61,035 nucleotides of DNA from a virus. Lineage: Duplodnaviria; Caudoviricetes. The position numbers were made by a program, and so were the translations under genes. The notes under the pieces were generated by a model. That model did not search any database, had not been told where the DNA came from, and saw only the letters and a program-made list of their open reading frames with translations. The stretch lies in IMG/VR virus record IMGVR_UViG_3300017729_000002, positions 1 through 61,035 of that record; one strand, 5' to 3'. Positions 19,301 to 26,614 of the stretch are shown one piece after another. Position 1 is the first letter of the stretch. Every line of letters starts with the position of its first letter.

Positions 19301-20565
19301 AGTGAGCGGTGCATCTGAGCAGGACCATAGCCGTACTTCTTGATGTTCATCCCTATCTTAGTTGGGTCGTCCTGCAATTTGAACTGCCCAGAACCTAATA
19401 ATTGATCGCCAGCGCGTTGCGTCAACACGGTTTTAAATTCATCAAGATCCATGTCCATGCTACCGAGAGCAGGGTCCATAGAACTCATGGTGCTGTAGAT
19501 TGACATGGTCTCATTATTGATGAGCTTCTCTAATCTCTGCACATTTTCCTTATCGTCGTCTATGACTGCCTCGTCATACGACTTGTATAATTTAACAAAT
19601 CTGTCGAACTGCTTTTGCGAGACTCCTTGTTGTTCCGAGGAACCACTCTTAGTCTCCTGTGTAGGAGGTGCTATTAACTCAGCGTCGAGTATACTGTCAA
19701 CCATATCACCCAGTTCTTGTTTACGGATGATATCATATGTGGGATTACTGAAGCCATCAGGCGTCTCGAGTTGCTTGGAAATATGAGCGGCATCCTGCAA
19801 GGTAACACCATATGGCTTAGATACATCAATGATCTCTTTAGCATTCATGCCTTGTGCAGCTTTTCCAATCTGCACATATGAAGTACCATCTTCTCGTCTA
19901 ATACGAGCTGCCGCTACGCGACCGTCTAAGAGTGCGCTCTTAGCTGCGTTGTCATAAAGCTTGGTTTGCAAGTATCCCTCCGCCTTGCTTTTCCAAAATT
20001 CAAGGTCATCTTTAATTTCTTGGTTTGCCTCGGTAGCCTCTGGGTCAGTTGCCATTGAGTTAGCAAAGGCTTTCTGTTTGGCACGATAAGTGATCACGTC
20101 TTCCCATACCTGTTCTGGGGTAGTGTCCTCAGGTAAATTGTCTAAGTTGTTAGCAGCGATTGCTGTAATCTCAGCTGATGGGGATTCCGCTATGAGCTTA
20201 AGACTAGCCTCTGTAGATAGCTCAGGCGCAGGGAATAGCTTTGCTGTGTTGACTTCATCCCCATCCTCGGGGTTGACTAGACCTCTTTGTACAGCCGCGC
20301 CGTAGAGTGTGTTCCTTAGATCCTGCTCAAAGCCAACCGTGGCTTGGTTTTTTTCCGCGTGCTTCCCTCTAAGATAATCCCCGTAATTTTGCAAATCACC
20401 CAGCTCGTCACCACTAGCATTGTTTACATTCCAGTCATCGAAAGAGTCAAACTCAACTTGCTCAGGAGGAACCGTAGGTTCTTCTGTTGCTTCTGGGTTA
20501 GTAGCATCATTAAGGTGTCCCCAAGGGGTCGGCGATATCGGAGCGAAGGATTTGACGTCAGGCAT
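7393..20565 (-). CDS. Giant (4390 aa) polyvalent internal virion / ejection protein
   Basis: Last gene of the internal-protein cluster; Gly/Ala-rich N-terminal helices; zincin-like EEYVH, HELSH and HDYFGH motifs; TIDVW domain; helical C-terminus resembling podovirus ejection proteins. Confidence 0.75.
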   Translation of the reverse strand: MPDVKSFAPISPTPWGHLNDATNPEATEEPTVPPEQVEFDSFDDWNVNNASGDELGDLQNYGDYLRGKHAEKNQATVGFEQDLRNTLYGAAVQRGLVNPEDGDEVNTAKLFPAPELSTEASLKLIAESPSAEITAIAANNLDNLPEDTTPEQVWEDVITYRAKQKAFANSMATDPEATEANQEIKDDLEFWKSKAEGYLQTKLYDNAAKSALLDGRVAAARIRREDGTSYVQIGKAAQGMNAKEIIDVSKPYGVTLQDAAHISKQLETPDGFSNPTYDIIRKQELGDMVDSILDAELIAPPTQETKSGSSEQQGVSQKQFDRFVKLYKSYDEAVIDDDKENVQRLEKLINNETMSIYSTMSSMDPALGSMDMDLDEFKTVLTQRAGDQLLGSGQFKLQDDPTKIGMNIKKYGYGPAQMHRSLVSNVAKFEEAINANTDLTEADKAQLRANREAMSAQNFDSANELLSKGADAEEWLGTLQEGRAAGTKDHVILENFLSDPDNYSQFEARAKGVGAAWGQGFVSMVTAPMAMAGNEWAREQLIEANQRNAQRRERARLFGVEFGIGQDVAETIGPVFADMAATAALTATTGAGGAMLIAAKQGAKLTTKSLTKGIVKSMTLNSPFKRLVVDGVEESSEVALKRLVKDGYILEPATDEIKKGAMGAIDSFAKIASNKWTQDAAINTPAFTRSAGANYAATYDTLTQMNPDMSHEEKHDRAFGSGIVSGFSTIGIMKAFRSIGKGGIEDAFIKGMTKREALGVVERLGNIGSRVKLGSEDSVKIFANAVGKIHKDMAKNAGKFAGQKNIVSEAFDGFTSEALEEGLDEFVNSYITDYYTDQSTDGMARLESAYRAGLTGGIIGSGMGAYQKLASRSGLREQSRRDQAKLELDFVDNVVAELDTAAAPITGQVVRDILTGPARGKRADEARAKLTQELDPSATPEVTEAAASAEEGAPSEPAPFVPKPLAGPAAQKAREDELREELNGIKELAREQTFFKPDQLQRVKEIEDTLKLDPDAPQADTTTPAPQDPRSQSQKLSHDTDKLTTLPLNSWFTPEGSDSAQLNEEQQARYDYLVEEEMTDDQYKLFEEVDPAETSGLFRSLQIAEAVVDGTLTKDEDGNIVGFPESNDVTLDEVGTRQRMADWLNQEGEGALAGRLTPEEAEENLLKGPDADYMLDLENYVIGVRDPATSDWVGMPIMSELVGATLENLDSNVDPESVERTLEEVQLQLFERQQVEEKVIVKSAPILDNLTEEESQAVQQELNLGDETNVRGADIDALAPVTPEEIEEAAEQGVDLEEVNEQMLINLDKEGRVVESEEDIDIPMEAGTAEAPVTEILEFLNTEEDQVSFDTLVASGFPSRVTAKTKSGFEYSKKPKGYYPRVSTEVARQIYDTWPITPLTEPEGGKVFEGRKQVHYNPHTKKMSSSKGAPVKGFLDSSGRGVFDNDPVLTAEYLKAGKTVIVPKGVELNPSIIADPDTRRVLSVLSVNNENEGMLQDGSDPDKVTSTQANYNILLKKSAGAGLFDQSFYGTPLEIDEAPQADGTKSKVQDGEVFTVGDFINNVTTFISNAMSSDPEKSSSRGTLKNLMNRKGVAPLEGDFFDAASQRFVVETMLVANAYVARKNILDGPVGKLLTAKLNKDGTIEVDQEGKPTGNLQLRQDTATNRSRLIQAFVEQTRYRELTGAKLNEQLKQVSSMTAGSSFPKRTTNFVLQEIVNHPLLKENTMPPMSFIAQLSSDNFRKQQKAKRVRDTQNNAERSQFNEDTDTSIPAVSTDPVSRDEANNAIDQDSDVAESLYESDEARAILVDLATELAGGSQDAANVISRMETKEIAETTQRALDQNVGSKNLQTILGSLESSNPDLYRVITEGFNVVRTGTPRQNKDHNTNARNVVKKNQSRSRIAESQRKIARAANQAEAERLGLVSGDSNSVVSALQKIAETGTTAHKLVANLILENVELVRDVKFTIISANLPFAGMQTTMTDGSLEVVLNLDGHNGRGLSNVLLEEYVHATLTKVLSQPRSTLTPAQLDAVTRLDALRQEISEAASTAGYRSNSALMDSLVNMDEFVAGIMLSPELQAEIKGLGADKGGRGFFRKIMDSIFKFFGKGVTTEEASKYADALTDVIDLAQSTVSVSDPRSKTRAKRVVAEVTANMKATSDAFKATGVPAVYSDPSLAEAQQDVELTEDELIAQKAAEDLNELVSELTEVDTDTEGVTNRAQISEAQQKAEALLRVARELVPPEVPLEIDRTINAAAEFRDGVVVVNPAFIMNLTQDLGLASSKLIVAKVMSHELSHVASFNTLTQEEIDELADTLPDYMYEEIVESYYADRPEQAAEALALIRATDLDEQGQADLLDLKARLTEEHLRMRMEVLTSGFTTEQDWAFYRTNPSLMKIMFRYVSGYFRRMAEMRKFQKELNNGEGNRFMDSAVNSLIHELRSIKAGYRTQESSIAFDPTRPDQGLAVLADKLEEGLTTDPEEFLTRSDGLQAGIAKNYGYAKPSEYGEEITVTPLNAKGEPKNQQYNLIGAPFFKTAPKKDQPYSQPLDYDSLHYEVGPRGRKDIQKLIDSGAVDAAVERLVEETNKMMERPDVAAGLGWYTRMQSRLKEIFTEEDLVIFTNLLGATSANTGVEQNFIYAAEIYQRYKSGEFDSNIKQYLELYDIINAGTLVSEAVKRQVITAKQAKTVKAQDIVERWVDRSGMTLTQSYDATKKFGQNSMPSLRVLAGVWRENTKAPKTPQFAMNLRGESLEATIDVWAARTLRRILYAGNTKRWRIIPKAETGVKNQDFALGQIVFREAAQKLNMSPDDLQAVVWFGEKQTWDENGWTGETGAFKSSFDDAADVFYPKDRPPRTFVEGRAIIKFLQKERLYLFDQTLDLEVLSTSQKQTLRTHEKEYKQAKLGTGVQSYIESRGRGEVSERVEGEREGTREDARRYTDGRSLQSAIGAPLPRQRREDLVVGGAKDSYGGDAGGHLKGLPVTVRVDGTPTIFTGYKPAQDVAEKYQQQTGIGETPISYYAPVNEKRAARIARAFDKLQHNPSDPEVAEAYQALIAETYAQYDAMIEAGVKLEFAPSGKDPYKNPRNAILDVVENNHMYVFGTKDGFGSDSGFDPSDNPLLEVSPYTWGGREVLANDIFRAVHDYFGHIRNGVGFRARGEENAWRSHSTMYSKAARRALTTETRAQNSWVNYGPYGEFNQTATGEETIFADQKIGLLPEWVMETEDAPRTSGLQSAIGNPNQYDEQFMGEALMSGAVRGDLERMPQSVRNALKRQEYLGFDSATEAFANIIQDDNWNETWEITSPSDQGIINRYRNKIYGQTAEDVRFRRSLGLQSAIAPSEGFTPDKMDYSGFIDQLELPFYATGGYDAPTSLIGRILKGALDPRIERMIQNRQFFRNAAEKTANSFKTKFDRLMKEAYGDQLDSSDTARLNKAIGRSAIVPRERRKEIEDEYQAELDTIAQTTYESTKERKLDEQIAADNKFGKLLAEKQVIAKQIIAEQTQALAELEEVSPELAQTIRDIRSELIEPIQEKMKDLYGMDEGMKAHFDVQKGIYLTTQYRMFTETGFHEHASNSPEYAGIREEAGKYFIEDLKLKRRDELREQAKNAGLVFNPQEADLIVEAEFQEQSPDSLKTMGQLEVDKFLAQYKRAGKNDVVSNDDAKILEDNLKEKKDLDPRLRALLGEVGTEATVDNLVRTFLTVSTMAANQAMFSNIQKMGQKEGFLMTAKQLKAARKKDPEAYEDWDAVTPKKTSANNPLRGMYAPKHVREGLVELFKSDINTETDTDSEKVVGFMTSTLRQASGLSMATKTLGSIGFYIRNMLSNIVFFGPSQGFVNGASMIAKTKYVWDELKDPNRMDAYLTELSALGVIDNELRSTLMKDMLDGTRNLSDVISEQNKLIQAAAKGTEATFGKVYKVATRMAGAVDGFYKIAYYENELKVLRKAKAKAEKEGGSFADYSDSDLKQMARDKVLMTAQSSSQAPPIVKDIARHGIGALVAPFIRFKAEVPRVVFNTFKLANQEMRSDSSVIKARGLKRMVGMLAVGVGSMGLVASILAGIAGTEDDDMQDFQRETAPEYLRGNSFLSIPPKWSKFFGGGDKYKTIDLTFINPYALLADPVVRAFEKMGRGEFGEAGAALVNGLFVDQYLDEQIAAGALTAVIENRDPTNNKPIVENVSDTTGEAAIKRLTFLFNEAYSPDILKRAIKAYQTATSDEVYTDPENSVQNILYGAVRPFKVHTIDPERQLTNYLYESRREFANIKSRKNILRSLKPISEQSIVEIFEEEYEDRQAVSNHAIRMMRGASKYGMSDKHIYQTASEVLSKRRTKNLMNGVMDGINLTPDFTQRMIATAKTEEEKQMKLARIKEAYKWINANPKKYLLSEGSVIKRKKTQ

Positions 20566-20594
20566 AGCTGTTGCGTGTATGTATTGGGTGGATA

Positions 20595-21590
20595 TTACAA
20601 TCCAGTTCTATTTTGTAAAGATGATTTTTGTCGTGGTAATACTGTGGGTGCAGAAGTTTGATATCCTGCTCTATTGTATTGCTTAGATCTATATGCTTTT
20701 TCTTGATCTGTAACGTATACGGAGAGCTGATCACGGTAACCTTCTACTGCGTCCCTTAATTCTGCGTCAGTCATACCCTTGTCTCTAACTTCAGATGGTC
20801 TCATACCCGTGAACTTGGCATAGTGACCCACTAGGATGTTCCTAGCCTTGGCTGGCATTGCGGGCTCGTCTCCGTAATCCTTCGCCTCAATATAAGCACC
20901 TTCAAGATCTGAATCCAGATCCTCTAGTTGGTCTTTTGACTCCTCTAAATCCTTAACCCCATACTTCGCGATCTCTTTCTGTGTTTCTATTTCGATTGCG
21001 GAGTCATAAAACGACTGCGCTTCTGCGACACGTTGAGCAGTATCTTCTTCATTTAACCCAAGAGCTTTGGCTCTTGATTTCACTGCTGCAATATTACCAG
21101 CTTCAATAGCTGGCCTCATCATGTTGGTTTGCTTGTCAATCTTAGCCTGTTCTTTCGCTATGCGAGTCTTCTCAGCGTTTATTTTACCAGTGGCCGCAGT
21201 ATACAAGCTATTTGCCGATGGGGTGCTAAACAATTCGGGGTTCTCTAATCGGTAGTTGGCTAACCCTTCGGCGCGATCTTCTGGGCTACCTTCCCCACTA
21301 GTAATCCCAATAAGATTATTTGATATCTGACCAATCCTAGAGTCCTGCTCTCGTTTCCTACGAGCATCATCCCTCCGCTTCTGTAAGGCTTCGAGGTTCA
21401 TCTGGTATGTCAGATCTCGATTACGCTGCTGATCAATTGCTGCATAGATATCCATGGTCTCCTTGATCTCCTTATTGGATGGGCCAAATGCCTTGTTCAA
21501 GTAAGAAGCCTCTGATCCTTTAAGACCAGAGGAGAAGAACCGATTCCTCATCGGCGTGATATCATTTTCTATTGAGAAGCTATTTGGCAT
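20595..21590 (-). CDS. Probable internal virion protein
   Basis: Helical and charged; directly upstream of the giant protein. Confidence 0.55.
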   Translation of the reverse strand: MPNSFSIENDITPMRNRFFSSGLKGSEASYLNKAFGPSNKEIKETMDIYAAIDQQRNRDLTYQMNLEALQKRRDDARRKREQDSRIGQISNNLIGITSGEGSPEDRAEGLANYRLENPELFSTPSANSLYTAATGKINAEKTRIAKEQAKIDKQTNMMRPAIEAGNIAAVKSRAKALGLNEEDTAQRVAEAQSFYDSAIEIETQKEIAKYGVKDLEESKDQLEDLDSDLEGAYIEAKDYGDEPAMPAKARNILVGHYAKFTGMRPSEVRDKGMTDAELRDAVEGYRDQLSVYVTDQEKAYRSKQYNRAGYQTSAPTVLPRQKSSLQNRTGL

Positions 21591-21596
21591 ATGCTG

Positions 21597-22184
21597 TTAT
21601 CTTGTAGAGGTGCGATCCATACGTGTGTCCAAGAGTTTCCCTTCTTCGTATTCCCGAATGCGTTCTTGTGGGGTTCCTAGGTATTGAGAGCTATTGGGAT
21701 CCAGTCGTGCATCCATGCCAGAACCAGTTTCTGACTTTATGAAGTTACTGGGCATCATTAATGCTGGGTGCCCCAGATCATAACTACTACCTCCAACAAC
21801 GGCAGGGCCTCTACCTACACGGGGTTCACCCATATCAATACGGGGTCTGTTTCTGTTTCTGTTTCTGTTTCTGTTACGGAGAAACTCCTCATAAGCATCT
21901 TGTGCTGCACTACCCATACCACCTTTGGCCATGGCATACTGCTCAGCATCGACAAATGCTTGGGACTTAACCGTCGGGTGACCAGCAAGCTTCATCATCT
22001 CTGCTTGTGCAAACATTTGGTTGGCCTCCTTCTTGGCTCCAGCCTTACGTAACTTCCTCGCGGCTACACGTGCCATGTGGTAATCAGATGTAATCCTGCG
22101 TGGCTTATCACTGAGGCTACCCGTACGGAGAGAGGATTTCCACTCACCATCCTGAAGTTTTTGATATTTGCTTTTCCTACTCAT
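21597..22184 (-). CDS. Probable internal virion protein with an RN repeat
   Basis: Operon position; (AGAAAC)n repeat near 21847-21875. Confidence 0.55.
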   Translation of the reverse strand: MSRKSKYQKLQDGEWKSSLRTGSLSDKPRRITSDYHMARVAARKLRKAGAKKEANQMFAQAEMMKLAGHPTVKSQAFVDAEQYAMAKGGMGSAAQDAYEEFLRNRNRNRNRNRPRIDMGEPRVGRGPAVVGGSSYDLGHPALMMPSNFIKSETGSGMDARLDPNSSQYLGTPQERIREYEEGKLLDTRMDRTSTR

Positions 22185-22196
22185 TTACGATTTAAA

Positions 22197-23231
22197 TTAA
22201 GTGTTCCTTCTACGGAGACCTCCTCTAGCACCAAACTGATTATCATCACGTCTTCCCAGCCTGTTCATAAAGTTATCCATTTCTTTACGCCCTATGCCGA
22301 GTGCTTTAGCCCTGCTTTGGTCTCCCTTATTGAATGTGTAGCTACCGCCTGATCTATTAAGTTGATTCTCGAGGTATGATCCAAATTCTTGGCGGCCTTT
22401 TAATCGTTCCTTGGGGTCTGTAATAACGGTGGGGGCATTACTCGCGGTGGCTCGCGCTGAGGATGATGCTTGGGGGCTCGCGGGTGGTGCCATGAACTCA
22501 CGCGGAGTTAGGTCAAGACTTGTATCACCAAAACTCGTGCCAGTTATTTCACCCATTGGTTTAAGCACCGTATTCTCAGGGGCTGCTGCATCTGCTACCG
22601 CTGGCGCTGCGTCCTGTGGCTTAAGCTTAGCTAATTCTCCTAACGCTGCCTTACGATCTACATTGCGCTGTTTGAGGCGAGCTTCATATTGGTCTCCTGT
22701 CTCACCTTCCATAGCGCGTCCCATTGAACCACCGAACTTCTCATTAAAATCTTTCTGGGCAGCTAAGAAGTCATTCGCTCCCTCTGGTGCTGCTGGTGCT
22801 GCGGGTGCTTCAGGGGCAGCTGGGCTGTCCTCACTTTCTCTACCCAGTCCAGTCTCTGCTCTGGCTAGTTCAATGTCAGCCATAACTTTATTGGCCTGTT
22901 TCATGAGATCACTAGGACCCGCCGCACGCTTTGCATCAATTTTATCTAAGAAGTCTTGGGCACCTTGCTTTTCCTGTTGGAATTCACTAGGCTCTTTTTC
23001 TACGGCATCCCGTTGCTCACGCGCTTTGGATACAAAGTCGGCCTTCGCACCTGCTGCGGCACCACCCACCATAGGTCCCTTATAATCTTTTAGAATATCT
23101 TTATCTTCCTTATCCCGCTCAGCACGAGCGGCTTGGGTCGCGGCTTTGCTTTCTTCATTGGCGCGTTGACTAGCTGCGTATTCTGCTGCTTTCTTTTTTT
23201 TCTCTTCTGGTGTGAGTGGTATTGCCGCCAT
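22197..23231 (-). CDS. Ala/Pro-rich probable internal virion protein
   Basis: Low-complexity sequence with no Cys or Trp; operon position. Confidence 0.55.
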   Translation of the reverse strand: MAAIPLTPEEKKKKAAEYAASQRANEESKAATQAARAERDKEDKDILKDYKGPMVGGAAAGAKADFVSKAREQRDAVEKEPSEFQQEKQGAQDFLDKIDAKRAAGPSDLMKQANKVMADIELARAETGLGRESEDSPAAPEAPAAPAAPEGANDFLAAQKDFNEKFGGSMGRAMEGETGDQYEARLKQRNVDRKAALGELAKLKPQDAAPAVADAAAPENTVLKPMGEITGTSFGDTSLDLTPREFMAPPASPQASSSARATASNAPTVITDPKERLKGRQEFGSYLENQLNRSGGSYTFNKGDQSRAKALGIGRKEMDNFMNRLGRRDDNQFGARGGLRRRNT

Positions 23232-23296
23232 GTATGTATTACAAGTTAAAGTTAATGATTAGTATATACATTGTGCCTCCGAACTCAAGGGTAAAA

Positions 23297-25075
23297 TCAC
23301 GGTAAGTAAGCCGCATCATTATACAGAGCAGACTTCAAGTGCTTCATTGTCTTAGGCGGTTTCCGATATGCTTGATTTGGATCTTCTTCTCTGGGCTCCA
23401 ATGCGATCAAACCATGCCTCTGACGAGCGCAGTCCAACGCTAGAAACGCCGCATCTGCAAGGTCAGGTGACTGACCTAGCCTCTGTTTGAACTCTGGCTT
23501 AGATTCGATCCTGACCTTTAGCGATCCTGTCTTGATCATCTCATAGGTCCGACCAACAATCTCCTGAGCAAGATCTGAATCTACACCAAATAATTGTCGG
23601 GTCCTCATCAGCTCTTTCCCTACGAACCATAGTTCTGACACTCGGTTGGTGTATAACTCCACCCCTGTCATCTGACTATTTACGGAGACCCGCTTATCTG
23701 ATGGCTTGCCACCAAAGGTAACACGTAAGAAACGGGGTGACCACTCACCAGCGAGCACGTCACAGAATGAAGATCCAGCACCAGTTGCATCCACCGCCAG
23801 ATCATCGGGGGCAACACCCTCCTTCTCGCAGATCTTTTTGATCTGCTGTACGAGCTGGTAAGATCTTGGCACTGCCTTGTTTGTCGCATCGTCGTTCAGC
23901 TGGTAACTCTTATGGAACTCAAATACATATTGCCCCACATCGTCGGTGCCTACATACCCCGTGTATAGAACTGTGCGGTCACCACCGTTGGTAAACGCGG
24001 GGTCAAGACCAGCCACTTTGATGGGCTTAGACCCCCAACGAACCTTGTTCATGCAGCCACTCTTTGTAATCTCAGTTTCGCTGTATATGCCCTCGTCCTC
24101 GTCGGAGTCAAAGAACACCGCACGAACCATTCGCATGTAACCCCTTGAGCTTGTGCCGAGTAGCTCACGTTTCTCTGCGATCTGGTCAGCACGAGGTAGG
24201 TATGGGTATATTGTTTCACCAGCTAAGATATTAGGACTACGCTCACCGTCGAGTCGGATGTATTTACCACCCCACTTAGTCCTCCAGCCATCATCGACAT
24301 TGGTGTCTACGGAATCCCAGCCATCCTCTGGCTCAGACCAAACACCAAACGCATCAAACTTAGAGCTCGGGTTGGACATACCAATCATGCGGAACTCGGG
24401 GTTTGATGACAAGTTGGTCAGACCTGCGTGTACCACAGCCTCGGAGATCTCAGAAAGCTCGTCACCAATAACGATGACCTTCCTGTTCTTAATACCAATA
24501 AACTTACCTACCGCTTCTCGAGTCCTGCTTTTCTCTGCCGCAATCAGGGACAGACCAGACTTCTCTAAGAGCGTACCATGTTCATTGACGTATGCCACGT
24601 TACCTATTGAATCCCGAATCCTGAAAGGCATATCATCTATCACTGCCAGTAAGCTGATGATAGAACCCCAAATCCTTTTTCGTGCTTCACGCAACGTGGT
24701 TGAAGTAATCAGGACTAAGGTATCCTTTGGCTGGGACAAGCAGTTAACGATGGCATAAGCAGCCATGGTGTGAGACTTGGATGAGGATGCAGCACCGCCC
24801 ACAGCGAGGAACTTATTCTCAAGGCAGCTGCGGATAATCATCTTAGCCCATGGGTTTTGCTGCATTAAGGGTTCAGGAATGTCGGGGCGGTTCCATAGGA
24901 TGTCACAAATACGCCAGAAGTAATACTCCTTGGCTTTTGTAAGCTCATGGTTTGCGAAGCCAAAGAGCAGGGCGGTCAGCAAACTGGTTGGTGGGATAAT
25001 TAGACCACCTACATCCATGTCCGTTGAGGATGGTTTAATGTGCGGCTCGTATTTGCTGTCTAATTTAATGTCCAT
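23297..25075 (-). CDS. terL: Terminase large subunit
   Basis: Walker A GGAASSSKS, Walker B VIVIGDE, MSNP coupling motif, nuclease AGLDPA..GGD and SPDLADA; ATG 25075 is the likely start. Confidence 0.9.
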   Translation of the reverse strand: MDIKLDSKYEPHIKPSSTDMDVGGLIIPPTSLLTALLFGFANHELTKAKEYYFWRICDILWNRPDIPEPLMQQNPWAKMIIRSCLENKFLAVGGAASSSKSHTMAAYAIVNCLSQPKDTLVLITSTTLREARKRIWGSIISLLAVIDDMPFRIRDSIGNVAYVNEHGTLLEKSGLSLIAAEKSRTREAVGKFIGIKNRKVIVIGDELSEISEAVVHAGLTNLSSNPEFRMIGMSNPSSKFDAFGVWSEPEDGWDSVDTNVDDGWRTKWGGKYIRLDGERSPNILAGETIYPYLPRADQIAEKRELLGTSSRGYMRMVRAVFFDSDEDEGIYSETEITKSGCMNKVRWGSKPIKVAGLDPAFTNGGDRTVLYTGYVGTDDVGQYVFEFHKSYQLNDDATNKAVPRSYQLVQQIKKICEKEGVAPDDLAVDATGAGSSFCDVLAGEWSPRFLRVTFGGKPSDKRVSVNSQMTGVELYTNRVSELWFVGKELMRTRQLFGVDSDLAQEIVGRTYEMIKTGSLKVRIESKPEFKQRLGQSPDLADAAFLALDCARQRHGLIALEPREEDPNQAYRKPPKTMKHLKSALYNDAAYLP

Positions 25076-25081
25076 TAAAGA

Positions 25082-25110
25082 TTGAATACATTGTAAATAC
25101 CAAGTATACT
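25082..25110 (+). promoter_or_regulatory. sigma70-type promoter, apparently leaderless
   Basis: TTGAAT-17-TATACT-7 nt-ATG(25118). Confidence 0.65.
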
Positions 25111-25117
25111 CCAACCC

Positions 25118-25801
25118 ATGGCGAAGGACAACCCTGAAGACAATAAAAATAAAGGACCAGAACCGCTGCCTTTACACCATAAAAAAGTCAGTAACCCATT
25201 CGGACAGAATGGTAAGAAGCGCCGTCTGTTTACAAAAGCCATGGAGCTCTATGAGCAGCAGTATACTTTTGCTGCAATTGCTAAGGAGTGCGGAGTCCAC
25301 GTATCGACTTTGCGTAGATGGTTCAGGGATGCAGGTGCACCACCTAAGAAGAGTAAGTGGGAAGAGAACCCAACTCCGTGGATTGATAAAGAAGCGCCTA
25401 AGCCAGAGTCCATCTTTGATGGCACGGAGGAGCATAAGACTAAGCACGCTGTAGACAAAGCTGCCGAGCACGCGCACCTAAAAGAGAAAGGCAGGATCGA
25501 TGAGATAGCTTCTGCCCAAGCCAGTCCAGCAGAGCAATACCAGAGCTACATGGCGAGTCAAGCGGTCCGACTGATGCGAGATGGTATGGCTCAGATGAGA
25601 CCACCAACCAACGTCCGCGAAGTGGAAGTGCTAGATAAGATAGCTCGCCGCCACTTTGGCTTAGACGAAAAGCAAAGCGGTGGCGCGACCAGCCTAAGCA
25701 TAGACATAAACATTCTAAATGACGCAGCTGCGGCTTCAAGGAAGAGGCCCACCAAAGTTGTCGATGTAGACCCAAATCCAAAAGACAACAAAGACCAATG
25801 A
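25118..25801 (+). CDS. HTH DNA-binding protein, possible terminase small subunit
   Basis: FAAIAKECGVHVSTLRRW HTH, helical middle, C-terminal beta-strand SIDINIL. Confidence 0.6.
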   Translation: MAKDNPEDNKNKGPEPLPLHHKKVSNPFGQNGKKRRLFTKAMELYEQQYTFAAIAKECGVHVSTLRRWFRDAGAPPKKSKWEENPTPWIDKEAPKPESIFDGTEEHKTKHAVDKAAEHAHLKEKGRIDEIASAQASPAEQYQSYMASQAVRLMRDGMAQMRPPTNVREVEVLDKIARRHFGLDEKQSGGATSLSIDINILNDAAAASRKRPTKVVDVDPNPKDNKDQ

Positions 25802-26055
25802 AATTCTTCGCCTCACGCACGCATGAGCCCAACCCCTTCGTCATCAAAGGGAGCATCCGCTCTAACCTAGATTACTTTTACTCTGCTAAGCAGATCACGG
25901 GAGACTTTGTCAGGGTAATCCCCTCGACATGGAAAGAGATCTCATTCCTACAGAGTCTTGAGAAAGGCTATAACTTATTTGCTCCATGGCACGGCGACGG
26001 TGTTCTAGTCAAAGCAGACTTCCTCCCAGCTGTCAGTGATAGTAGGCGTCGATAA
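25798..26055 (+). CDS. Hypothetical protein
   Basis: ATGA overlap with the upstream gene. Confidence 0.6.
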   Translation: MKFFASRTHEPNPFVIKGSIRSNLDYFYSAKQITGDFVRVIPSTWKEISFLQSLEKGYNLFAPWHGDGVLVKADFLPAVSDSRRR

Positions 26056-26530
26056 TGGGGCTTGCTCTGGAGCAGCGGTTGCGATTAGCAGCTGGGATGG
26101 TGCGGTGCTAGGATACACGAGGTTGCCCAGCCACAAGGTGGGGAAAAAGACTGAGCTCGACATGATCGGTTTTCGTGATTGGGTGCTGGAATTCAAGCTA
26201 CCACCCGTCAATATTATCATCGAGGAGCCTCTGCATCACGCGCCATCATCTCAGTCCATGCGATCCATGGCATTGTGCTATGGGCAAATCACTGGGTTGT
26301 GCACAGGCATGGCGTGGCCTTGGGAAGGGCTGTCTGTGAGGCAGTGGCAGAAAGATATGCTGGGCAAGTTTCCACGCGGGCAATCGAAGAAGTATGCGCT
26401 GGCAAAGGCCAAAGAGCTGTATCCCGATGAGCAATGGTTAGCAACCCCACGCTCCAAAAAACCACATGATGGGATTGTGGATGCTTACCTTATGGCAGCA
26501 AGAGAATATCAGATCCACTTTGCAGATTAA
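26036..26530 (+). CDS. RuvC-like Holliday junction resolvase
   Basis: IVGVDNG, IIIEE, WQK, DGIVDA acidic catalytic pattern. Confidence 0.85.
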   Translation: MIVGVDNGACSGAAVAISSWDGAVLGYTRLPSHKVGKKTELDMIGFRDWVLEFKLPPVNIIIEEPLHHAPSSQSMRSMALCYGQITGLCTGMAWPWEGLSVRQWQKDMLGKFPRGQSKKYALAKAKELYPDEQWLATPRSKKPHDGIVDAYLMAAREYQIHFAD

Positions 26531-26614
26531 AAAATAATTGAGATTTTATTTGACGGTTTTTATATGGGCTGGTATGTGTTGATCACAATAAATCAGAAAC
26601 CATGAAGCCAGTAA

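Noticed and set aside
7393-20565. Giant protein as an N4- or crAss-type virion RNA polymerase, with the early hairpins as its promoters
   Set aside because: No DxDxD/DFDGD motif and no ordered T7-type A/B/C motifs (an isolated DSSGR is insufficient); the hairpin loops are not the GNA triloops of N4 promoters. A structure search would settle it.
7634-23085. Numerous + strand ORFs opposite the virion genes
   Set aside because: Antisense shadows fully nested in long - strand genes, with no motifs
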